NCBI GenBank assembly: GCA_047495785.1
Contig: JBLDXI010000009.1
Span: forward strand, 1,426,001 to 1,490,000
Direction: 5' to 3'
Length of the DNA stretch: 64,000 nt
Origin: Lepidodermella squamata
Taxonomy: Eukaryota; Animalia; Gastrotricha
Part shown: piece by piece, positions 53,033-64,000 of the stretch
Layout: every line of letters begins with the position of its first letter
Numbering within the stretch: position 1 is the first letter of the stretch
Made by a program: the position numbers and the translations under genes
Notes under the pieces: model-generated
Database searches by the model: none
What the model saw: the letters and a program-made list of their open reading frames with translations, nothing else
What the model was told of the DNA's origin: nothing

Positions 53033-53370
53033 TTTAAAGGAAAATCTATCTCAATTTATAAACCCATATATTTATTGCTTTCATTGCTTTCATTGAAGCT
53101 TGCAACGTTCCGCTAAAGGCTGACACTTATTTACCCGATCACATTCGCTCGATCAAACTTGAAGCAGTTTCGCACTAACATAAATTATTTTGGCAAGAGT
53201 ATCAGAATGAACGTTGAAGTGGAACAATAACCGCCAGAAAGAAAGAAACCGCCAATAATCTTAGAGCAAAGAACAGCAGCATCAGAGTAAACGGCATCAC
53301 TTTTCATTTAGTTGACTTCAACAAACATCGCATTTAGAAAACTATTTTTGTTTGATAAAACAGCTCGTGA

Positions 53371-54237
53371 TTACAACTCAGATTTATCAGCATCTTCGTC
53401 GGTTTTCGAATCATTTTCCTTCTCTTCTTTTTTCGGACTAGGTATCGGTGGTGGAATCAACGAATGCGTTAAATCTTCGACTTTACAATAGCCTATGAAA
53501 ATTGCATAAATTATGTAACAGTTGAAATAACGCTCAAATGGTTGACGGATACCTGCTCTCATGACGCAAAGCTCGCGGTCTGCATCAGCAGCAGTGACCT
53601 CCTTCTTAAAATAAGATTCGATCCAATCTTCATGTTCCTCGAGAATATCATCACACTAATTAGTAAATGAAGATATTACAAGGGCAAGCGATAAAAACTA
53701 AGACGTACCTTGTGTTGAAGTTTTTTCTTCGTTTCCTGACTTTTTTCGACAAAATCACTTATTTGCCCGTCAGCAGTTGTTTGGCTGACAAACTGATAGT
53801 TCCGCACTTTATCCGTTTTTCCGATTGGGCTGGAAATGAGCATGCCATAGTTCATCATGCTGTCACAAACTTTCTCCATTACTTCATGAATGTGAAGCTG
53901 TGAGCGCTTGAACTTTTTCTAAGACATGAAATCGGAAGTTTAAAATAAAAATAATACTACTGTGGTGAACAGGGTTTAACCTCGACAGTTTTCTGATTGC
54001 CATTGGGATCAATACGGTAGCTACCCCCAACAGTAGTCCTCGAATCATCAACATGACTGATTTCCTTTGCGATTTCGTGATTCATAATACGACAAGCTGA
54101 AGAAATAATATAATCTATCAAAAATGCTTTCAAATATATAGAAACGAACCTCCACACAACCAATCTCGCTCGGCTTGGCCATTGCAGAAAGGCATCAGTG
54201 CAGCAGCCGCAAGAATGACAAGATTTGCAGTGATCAT
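53371..54237 (-). CDS. CNPY2: Canopy-family saposin-like ER protein (CNPY2-like), multi-exon
   Basis: Signal peptide MITANLVILAAAALMPFCNG, LCG|ACR, GSYRIDPNGNQK, RSQLHIHEVMEKVCDSM and C-terminal KSEL retention signal. Confidence 0.85.
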
Positions 54238-55742
54238 TGGTAAGCAGGTGCAGATTATGTAGGCTTCAATAAATAGTTTTAACAGTCTTTCGATAGATCT
54301 TAATAAGATCTCAGCCAAAACGCGGCACTGAGAGACTAGGTATCCAGGTGTAGGTAAAGCCGAGTATTGCGCAGGCAACGAAGGGACTAGAATCTGACGT
54401 GGCCAACGGCAAAGCTTTCCAGGTGGCAAAACCCCTCCAAAAGATCGAAGAAAGTAGCGCGCTTAGCAAACGGGTTCAAAAACGCAGAAAAATAGTTGAT
54501 AAATATTCAAAAAATAAATAACTGACATTACTTAATGAAAAGTAAAAAATAATTTGTGGATTATAACGCTTAATTTAGCAGCAGGAAAATGAGAACTGAA
54601 AAATTGATATGCTGCGGCTAACTGTGTCATTGAATATTTTAATAACGTTCAATTTTGGATATTTTATTAATTTATATTACAAAATAATTGCGTTTATATA
54701 AAAATTTTGAATTCTCTTTTGCCCGCGACTTTCCATGTCCGCGAGAAAGTTTCGTTTGAGTGACGTTTTTGAAACGCACAGGTGACCGTGGAATCGTCGT
54801 CCAAGAAACGGCTGTCGTCACCCCTTGCCGTTCATCTAATGTCTCGTTTCAACTCAATGGTCACAGGTCTCGAGACCAGCGTTAACCTTGCCAAGGCATT
54901 TACTTTTCTTGAACTTCTTACTTGTTGCTTATTTAAGTTGTTTAGCTAGTGGAGTGTGTGGTTGTGTTTTAATTTTCTTGCTTGCTTTCGAAAAAGCCTA
55001 CCGCACCACCCAAAATAAATCGCTTTTGTTTTTTTGAACGTTCGGGACCCCTCATTATATATCATTTTGGATCATGGACATCGCATATTATTTTGAATAG
55101 TACGCACATATTGTGATATACTCGAATTCCTGCATTTTATACGAGGCTCCCCATTATTATGAGCGTCTGTCTGTCCTCTGTCTTAATTCAGGTAATACGG
55201 TAACTATACCTATCTTAATTTTCATGCAAGCTTAACAAGTTACTACTCCAAAATTATTAATTATTAATGTCAACCGACGGCCGACTAAGGGGATAGTGGA
55301 TATCTCATTCCTTGATTCGTCGAGCGGTTATTTGGTTTTATTTGACCGCTTAGTTATTGCGTCATTTCATGAATGTGTCTTAGTAAATTTGAGTTCCTTT
55401 GGTAAGTGATAAATCCCGAGGCTGAAGCTAGCTTGGAATTCTTCTGACGGGTAATGGATTCCTAGAATTTTTATTTTATAATCGAAACTCGTGAGTTTTC
55501 TAATCTCTGTGAGTCTTTGGTCTTTGGCGACGCATTTTTCTTTTTAATGGTCCTTTTACTTGAAATTGAAGCTCGTGAATTGAAGTTTTTTCTCACCGTT
55601 TTATCTTAGGAATGTAGAGATATCAACGGCATCTGCGTGATGCCGTGAGCGATTGTCAATGTATTTTCCAGCCGATAAAGCGCTTATCAGTTTTATGTTA
55701 ATTTTTGTTTTCCTTTCACTTTAGATTTTTACGCTTATTATA

Positions 55743-58700
55743 ATGCCTCGTAAAGGTAAAACCAAGGATTTTGATAGCGACGATGAGGTTAACGCCATCT
55801 CTGAAAAAGTTGAGAGTTTATCGGTGAAGCCTGAACCCTCTTCCAAAGAATCTGCAAAGCCAAAGAAAAAGCAAGCAAAGAAGAAAGACGACGATGATGA
55901 GTGGGCCGCATTGGAAAATAAAGCTGCTACTGTAGCTGAACCTGTGCCGAAAGCTAAGAGTAAAAGCGCAAAAGGTGGTCGTGGTGGTGGATTTGCTATG
56001 TTAGATGTCGAGGAAACAAACGGCGCCGACGATTCGGACGAAAAATCTGATTCTGAGAAGAAAGGATCGAAGGACGACTCCGCTGTCAAACGAGAAGTTC
56101 AGCAAGCCTTCATCGACAGCGACGATGACGATATGTACGGTGGCAAAAAGGGCAAGAAAGGAAAGAAAGGCAAGGAAAAGGCGAAAGAGAAGGACCCTGA
56201 TCCTCCAGCTGTAGTCGAAAAAGAGGTCAAGCAATCATTTGTCGATGACGAAGACAGCGGCGACGACAAGAAGAAGAAAGGCAAGAAAGGCAAAGGCAAG
56301 GGTGCACCCGAACCTGAACCTGTACCTACTCCGGCTGTGAAGGAAGTGCAGCAGTCATTCATCAGTGACGACGAAGAGGATGACCCTAAGTCTCGCAAAA
56401 AGTCTTCCAAGGGTAAAGGGAAGGCTGTAAAATCCGACGAAAAAGAAAAAGACAAGAAGGCTGAACCCGAGGATAACTCTTCAAAAAAGAAAGAACCGTT
56501 ACCCGATCGAGAAGGTGAGATATTGAGCCTCATATTGTTGTCTCTTCTAATTTTCATTATGTAGATGAAAAGAAAGCCAGTGTTGCCGCTACTAAGCCAG
56601 CTGATGTAGAAGACGCGAAACTTGCCAAGACTAAGACGAAAAAAGGGAAAGGCAAGGAGGACGACTTGGATGTTGAAGAGCGACCTCCTTCACCGGAGGA
56701 GAAACTGGAGGAAAAATCAAAGAAGGGCAAATCTAAAAAGTCAGAGCCTGTTGCCGAGGCCAAACCTAAGAAAGATGCGTCACCGGAGCCACAAGAGAAA
56801 GAGAAAGAGCCAGAAAAGGTAGGTCAAATTTGAATGTATAATTGATAAATATTGTTATTATTTAATTCAAAAGAAGCCGGAACCAGTGGTTGAAACCAGC
56901 AAATCTTCCAAAAAAGACAAGGCGAAGGAACAAACGCCAATAGAAGACGCCAAGGTATTTAGTTTTAATGGTGTTTGTTTTCATTTAATAACATCCTCAA
57001 TCCTTATAGCCTGCTGTGGCTGCTCCTGTAGAAGAGCCTGTAAAAACTAAGAAAAAGAAGTCGAAATTCGACTTTTTGTCAGAAGATAATGAAACTCCAT
57101 CAGCTTCATCTGCATCTGCACCTGCTACATCAACTGCGCATACATCCGCACCAGTCGAGGAAAAATCAGGCAAAAGTGGCAAAAAGGGCCGTAAAGACTT
57201 GGCCGTTGCATCGCCTCCACCACCTCCCCCTCAAGAAGAGGAAGATGAAGAAATATACATTTCAGACGAAGAAGCTGAAGCTGAAGCTAGAAGGAAACAG
57301 AAACAGCAAGAAGAAGATGATAAACCAAAACTGTCTCGAAAAGAAGAGCGAAGGAGGAAACAAATGGAGGAAGCTGGTCTAATCGCTCCAGCAAATTTTG
57401 TTAACCCTGAGATGACTAATAATCAGGGTATTGACCAATTCAGCATTTCTCAAGCTGCTTCTTCCAGCAAAAAAGTCACTCTCGAAACCGACAACATTCT
57501 TGTAGAAAATTTCAACATTTCCGCCCCGGGTCGTGAATTATTTGTCAACGCCACGCTCAAAATTGTAAAGGGCAGGCGCTACGGGTTGATGGGACCCAAC
57601 GGCTATGGCAAAACCACGTTACTGAAACACATCGCGATGAAAGCGCTCAACATCCCCGAACATATCGATGTGCTCCTCTGCGAACAGGAAGTCATAGCTG
57701 ATGAAACCCCAGCTGTAAAATCCGTCATGCAATCTGACGCGAAACGAGAGGCGTTGCTAGCCGAGCAAAAGCGGCTAGAAGTGCTGGTTAAAAAGGGCGA
57801 TATGCAGGCAAACGAGCAGTTGACCAAGGTGTATGACGATCTTCGTTTTATCGGCTCGGATGCTGCCGAGGCGAAAGCGCGTCGTATTTTGGCCGGTCTC
57901 GGCTTTGACAAGGCCATGCAAGACCGTCCGACAAAGAATTTCAGTGGTGGTTGGCGAATGCGTGTGTCCCTTGCTAGGGCTTTGTTTCTCGAGCCGACCT
58001 TGTTGCTACTTGATGAACCTACAAACCATTTGGACCTGAACGCTGTTATCTGGCTCGATAATTATATGCAGGGCTGGAAGAAGACTCTCCTTGTTGTATC
58101 TCACGACCAAAGTTTCATTGACAACGTTTGTACTGACATCATCCATCTCGACCAGCAAAAGCTTTACTACTACGATGGAAATTATACGCAGTTCAAAAAG
58201 ATGTTGGAGCAAAAGCGGAAGGAGCAGCAGAAAGAGTACGAAAAGCAGGAGAAAAAACTCAAAGAGTTGAAACAGTCCGGTAAATCAGCGAAGGCCGCTG
58301 AAGCTAAGCAGAAGGATATTTTATCGAAGAAACAGCAGAAAGGCGCTAAGGGAACCAGCAATACGGTAGAAGAGAGCAAGCCTGTCGAATTGCTCAAGAA
58401 ACATAAAGAATACGTCGTCAAATTCCACTTCCCATCTCCGCCCACGCTCAGTCCTCCGATTCTTGGTGCTTTCCGCGTTTCTTTCGCTTTTCCTGGTCAG
58501 AAAATTTTGTTCGATAATCTCGATTTTGGTATTGACATGGCGTCTCGAATTGCCGTTGTTGGCCCGAACGGTGTCGGAAAAAGTACATTTTTGAAGTTGC
58601 TATGCGGCGAGTTGCAACCGCAGAAGGGCGAGATCAAGAAAAACCATCGCTTACGAATCGGCAAGTACGATCAGCACTCCGCTGAGCAGTTGGACCTGCA

Positions 58701-59145
58701 TCTGACATCAGTCGAATACCTCAACAAACGATTCAATTTGCAACCTCAAGACGCGCGGAGTTTGTTGGGTAAATTCGGTCTACCCGGTTTTGCCCACGTG
58801 ATCAAAATCGCGGATCTGAGCGGTGGTCAAAAAGCTCGAGTCGTCTTCGCAGAACTCTCCCTCATCAGCCCTGATGTTTTGATTCTCGACGAACCGACAA
58901 ATAATTTGGATCTCGAGTCGATTGATGCCTTAGCCGAAGCTATAAATGATTACCAAGGTGGCGTTATCATTGTTACTCACGACGAGCGCCTTATTCGTGA
59001 AACTGATTGCCAACTGTGGGTTATTGAAGACAAGAAGATCGTGCATTTCGAGGGCGAATTTGACGACTACAGAGAAGAAATTTTGGAGCTGCTCGGTGAA
59101 AAAGTTAGCAACCCATCTGTTGCTGCGACAATGGCTATGAATTGA
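55743..59145 (+). CDS. ABCF1: ABCF1 (ABC50), 4 exons
   Basis: Long K/E/D-rich N-terminus and two complete NBDs ([23 protein letters not shown]; [22 protein letters not shown]), with no TM domains. Confidence 0.95.
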
Positions 59146-59378
59146 AATACTTTTATGATAGATGAGGTGATATTTTAGTTCTCGAAATATTCCAGTGCTT
59201 CTCGGTGGCATGAAAAGTGGCAAAACTTGAAATAAAGTATAAAGTATATTGAACGTCGTGCTTTCTGTGAGCGCGGTACCATTCTAGAATATTGAAATAA
59301 ATTGAGGTGGATTCATTTTTGTCTCTAATTTTCTAGAGATCATTGTTATGAAATTTTGATTAACTGATCGACTTCGCC

Positions 59379-61985
59379 ATGGAAGTCGAATTGAAACAGG
59401 AGATATTTTCAAGCAACGATTCGCCGGTCGATTTCTCACTAAAATTCACCGCTGACCATCCTAATATCGAAAATAATGACGCGGAGGACGACGCCAATAA
59501 TGAACACGTCGTCGGCGAGTCGGATACGGAAGATCCTGAGTTGTTGAATCTCAAAATCGAATCTGAGAACGATGTTGATCTGGAAGACCCATTGGACACG
59601 TTGGCGATTGCGGAGCAAGTCAAAACTATCTTATCCGCCCTGAATTTATCGCAGCGTCATTTGCTCACTGTTGTTGACTGCGCTGAAGCAACCTTGAGCG
59701 TCACGCTTCAAAAAGCAGGCCTTCCATGGCGGTGCTTACAACCTGCTAATCGAAAGGCATATCGAGCCCTTTCAGTTTGGGTAAATGCAAATAAATCATT
59801 CGAGTCTTTTCAATTTGAACGGGTCGAGGCTTCATCTTACGAAAATGCCGACAAACAAACTACTTCAAAACAACTAACCGAGCGAAATCATCATCAAAAT
59901 TCGAATACGACCACAATTTCAGGCTTTGTCGTCAAACGAAAACGAGGACGGCCACGGAAAGAAAGGCCGCCTGGTCAGGTTGAGGTGCTACCGAAAATTG
60001 TGCCGCGTAAGCCGACCCCTATCGACCTGGCTAAGAAACCTGGTAAAAACTCGCCAATCCAGCTGAGTTGTTCAAAGAGAAAATCGGTTCGTGATTTCAT
60101 GCAGTCAGCAACCGACTCCGGTATCGTCGATGAACTGGAAAAAACGGCTGAAATCGACATAAAAACGCTGTCGACTAATGTGAAACAAGCGCTATTGGGT
60201 CGGAAAATGAGCCAGGAACAACTAGCCGGCCGTTTAGGCATCCTGTTACCTACTCTAAATCGAATCTTGAACGACGCACAATTGCTGCCTTGGTCGGCAA
60301 TGAGCGACTTTAGAAAGGCGGTTTTTCTAAAATTAACTGCCTGGCTACGCGAAATTGATTTCAAACCATGTGCCAGTGTCGCTTCAAATGTTTCTAGTTC
60401 GATGTCATCGGATGAACAGTCCAAACCGAGTATTGACTCAGCCGCAGCTGATCTTTCTATGAAAGACGAAGATCTATCAAGCTCATCATCGCGACCAGGT
60501 TCCCGAGCCAAGAGATTTTTGCTCCTTTCACCGAGTGCTGATCGTTTGCGAGACATTCAAACCATCGAGGATATTCCTGCCTTCGCAACTCGCCCTGCCT
60601 ATTTAAGGTACGAAATTCGTGAGGGCGAGCTGGTTTGGCCGCACCCTGTCGGCTTGTCATGTACTTGCCCCGATGACCCATTAATCGACGAAGTCATTAA
60701 CATTTCAAACCGTAAGCGGACTTTGATAAATATGTCGAGGTTAACGTTACTTAGCGGTCGGCGTTACGGGTTGATTGGACCGTTGTCATCGGGAAAATCT
60801 GCGATTTTGAAACTGATAAGCTCGAGAAAAAAGTTAACGACTGTCGGTAAAAATCTGGATATTGTTTACTGCGACATGCAAAATTTAACTACCGAATTGC
60901 CGCCAACTTCAAACGCATCGACTAGGGTCATCGAATGCCTGCGCCAGGCTGCGTATGAAGACCCGAATCTACTACTCAGTGCACCGATACATGGAGACGT
61001 GAAAGGCCTGGGTGATTTTCAAGAATTGTGGTGCGGTGTTCCGGAGGCGAGAGCGCGTTTAATCTTGGACGGCCTCGGTTTTTCTCGTGACATGCAAAAT
61101 TCGCCGCTCAAAGACATCAATCAGCGATGGAGGGCCCGATTAGCGCTTGCTCGTGCGTTGTATGCGGAGCCTCAGCTTTTACTGTTGGACGAACCAACCA
61201 CTGGTCTTGACATTGACGCTGTTCTATTTCTGCAAAGCTATTTGCAACGTAGGTCGTTTTGCCAATTTTAATGAGTCGAACGCGATTGACGATGATAAGA
61301 ATAGAGGCTGGAAAAAGGGGCCTCGGACCTAATTTCTTCCAGTGAGGGGTTGTTTTTGTCCTAGGTCTGCATTCTTATGCGCTAATTTTTATGAAAAAAA
61401 CAGGGTTGTTTTCGCAAGTTGCTTGCTCGTGCCTTGAGAGCTGACCATGTTTTAGCATGACAATGACGGGCGTTTTCTCTAGAAAAAATCATGTGATTCG
61501 CAGTTTGACCTGTTAATTGACCACGGCGATTGCAATCTTCCAATTTATTTCAATAAATTGTCGTCAGATCTTTGGAGTTTGACCTTTATTTTAGTTTTTT
61601 CAGGGTATAAAAATACACCCGCCATTGAAACTAATTGCCTCAGTTTGCTAGAAAACTTTTTTTTTCTGCAATTTTTTCACTCTTGAGAATTTATTTTTAG
61701 CCATGTTTATTACTAGTTTTCTCCACAGTCTGTGTAAAAAAATAGCTGTTGCGCAGCGAACTGTCGAGCTTGACCTCTCAAAAGACGTCAGAAATAGCTC
61801 ACATTCTTCCATTTTATTCAAATAATTTTTTCTTAACCTGTTGAACCTGTTCTATTTTTTCAGGGTATAAGAACACTCTCACCATCGTAACTAATTGCCC
61901 TAGTCTGCTGGAGGCAGTGTGTACGGATGTCATCAGGATTGAAAATGAGCAGCTGATCTACTATCCTACCAGTCACCGGCACTAG
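59379..61985 (+). CDS. Chimeric CUT / AT-hook / CUT / ABCF-type NBD protein (gene A); exons 59379-61248 and 61864-61985
   Basis: CUT-like at 59592-59783 and 60153-60347, KRKRGRPRK at 59934-59960. NBD: [45 protein letters not shown] and last exon RYKNTLTIVTNCPSLLEAVCTDVIRI. Confidence 0.82.
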
Positions 61986-62534
61986 TAAGAAGTTTGTGTC
62001 TGTGTTTTGCATTCATCTTTATTGTTGTTTTACAGCTCCATATCTGCATCTGGCCGTTCTACTTTTTGTTGAATTTCTTCCCCTCAAGTAAAACTGTACA
62101 CGTACCTAGTCATCAGTAATGGTGCGTAATACAAACACGCTGCCTGCTCAATGCGGAAACATTGCAATCTTATAGCGGAGTGACAAATCAGCCCGTGTCA
62201 TATATGAAAGTTGTGAAATCGAGTTTTATATTGTTTTAGAAGATGTAAATATAGCCTTTTCTTGCTTGCCTTTTATATGAGAATTAATTTTTAGCTCTGA
62301 TATTTGCTTGCCACCGGTGTTTCATCTGGTCAAAAAACTACTGAGCAATTTGTATCTGAAGTATATTGCCTCTGGTGCATTGTTGCATGTTTATTTCTAC
62401 TTTTAATCTTTCAAACTGAAAAATTGCTCCATTTGAATTCCTGGTAAGCGATAAAACTACGTTTCAGATTCTTGGATCGATCGGATCTAATTTCTAGTTT
62501 TACCCTCGATAGAATATTATTCTTTTGATAACGC

Positions 62535-64000
62535 ATGTCAAACGCTGGTGGTCAAATCGTTTTTCCTAATAATGTCGATGAATCGAAGCCTGCTAGTGAA
62601 GATGGGGAATCTGAGGCTGAGCAGGTATCAGAGTCCAACGAGGCGATACCCCTGGTAACATCTCAAAAAAGGCGATATCCATCTGACGACGAAGCGCATC
62701 ACAATACGTCTGGCAGTACCCATTCTAGTGGCTTCGGCCTTCCTCCGAACATGCCAATAGTGAGCTCAGCTTTCAAGCCCGCTGTTGCTCGTGCTACCGA
62801 CGCCGTGAGTTTTTGATAATAGGGATCGAATATCCGCCACTTAGAGATGAAACGCTATTTTTCGACTGCAAACTTTGTTTGGGGTATTTTAGTTGACAGT
62901 TTTTTGTATTCCCTACAGCCCATTGACACTGAGTTGTTGACTAACGAGGTCAGAATGATGTTGCGACAAAAGGGCATGCGCCAAACTGATCTCGCGCCGT
63001 TCATGGGCTGTCGACCAGGCAGCGTGGCCGGGGTTTTTGCGAAAGCTCATTTGCCTTGGTCTCAGTTGAATGACTTCAATCGAAACGCATTTACGGCGAT
63101 GGCTAGGTGGCTTGAAAATACTAAACTTGAGGTGGCTACACAAGCTGTTTACTCAGTTACCCAATCGTCAATTTCTCCATCGCCATCGCTGCATATACCT
63201 ATCGCTGTGCCTACCGAAACGGTGTCTACGTCGGGTCGCTCACCAGTTATCACCCCACCGGAGCCTCTGCTCCAACCATGGGCGGTTGCCAGCTACTCAA
63301 AGCATCCCGGTTATTTGTTGTTTCTAGAAAACTTGCATATTGCCCTTCCTAGTCGTGGGTTGGTCTTTCAAGGCGCGAACTTATCTCTCGCGCCTGGTAA
63401 AAGGTACGGTATTGTTGGGCCGAGTGAATGCGGCGCGTCAACGTTGATGAAATTCATCGCCGCCAAAGAAGATCTGAACATTCCAGCCGATTTCAGTATT
63501 GCCTATTGCGATCTTACCTCGACTAATGATGGCGGTGACGCTTGTGATGTGCCTGAAAATCAACGGGTAATTGACCATGTTCTACAACTTGAGAAGCGCT
63601 GGACGGCCTTAAAAGCAGAAGAATCGGTGATTGAACCTATGGTGCGTCGGGGTGATCGAGATGCATTTGCGAGACTACGCTTAATTTATGAACAACTTTG
63701 CTTCCTTGGTTCCGGGGTCGGTTTTATTTATCATGCATCGCTCATTTTAAGATCATTTTCATAGGCGGCCGAGGCAAAAGCTCGTCAACTGCTCACTGGA
63801 TTGGGCTTTTCGGTAGAGTCTCAAGAAGGGTTTATGAAAGATCTGAGCTTGCGTGGTCGAAAAGTCATCGGTTTGGCCCGTGCCTTGTTCGCCGAACCTG
63901 CGTTGTTGTTGATTGATAGACCGACGAATTTGTTAGACGTCGAATCTATCGCCTGGCTTGAAACGTATTTGAAAAGTGTGTCCTTTCTCATTAATTCTCG
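62535..64000 (+). CDS. Chimeric CUT / ABCF-type NBD protein (gene B); exons 62535-62804, 62919-63716, 63765-63975, continuing past the window
   Basis: CUT-like IDTELLTNEV...LPWSQLNDFNRNAFTAMARWL at 62922-63113. NBD: GKRYGIVGPSECGAS, AAEAKARQLLTGLGF and LARALFAEPALLLIDRPTNLLD. Confidence 0.8.

Overview
This is gene-dense eukaryotic (animal) genomic DNA with very short GT-AG introns (mostly about 40-60 nt) and tiny intergenic spaces. From left to right it holds: two tandem CYP2-clan cytochrome P450s (-); a GH3-domain adenylating enzyme (+); three tandem paralogous secreted, probably GPI-anchored SEA-like genes (-); three actin or actin-like genes with CArG boxes (+) around a beta-propeller GT91/GH130-like gene (-); a replication-type histone cluster (H4, H2A/H2B, H4/H3, no H1 seen) interrupted by an SGNH-hydrolase gene; an operon-like ESS2-SMYD-SERAC1 run (-); AKAP1, which hosts an intronic H/ACA snoRNA (+); a TTLL3/8 tubulin glycylase (+); a CNPY-NUP214-DAZAP2 run (-); and ABCF1 (+). 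The standout is two genes directly downstream of ABCF1 that fuse CUT DNA-binding domains (plus an AT-hook in one) to a degenerate copy of the first ABCF1 ATPase domain, an architecture I do not recognise. Also notable: an atypical near-palindromic element behind all five histone stem-loops, a long-tailed H2A ending in SQSQ, and signs of polycistronic or trans-spliced organisation. All calls come from reading motifs by eye; exon boundaries were inferred manually and no database search was run.
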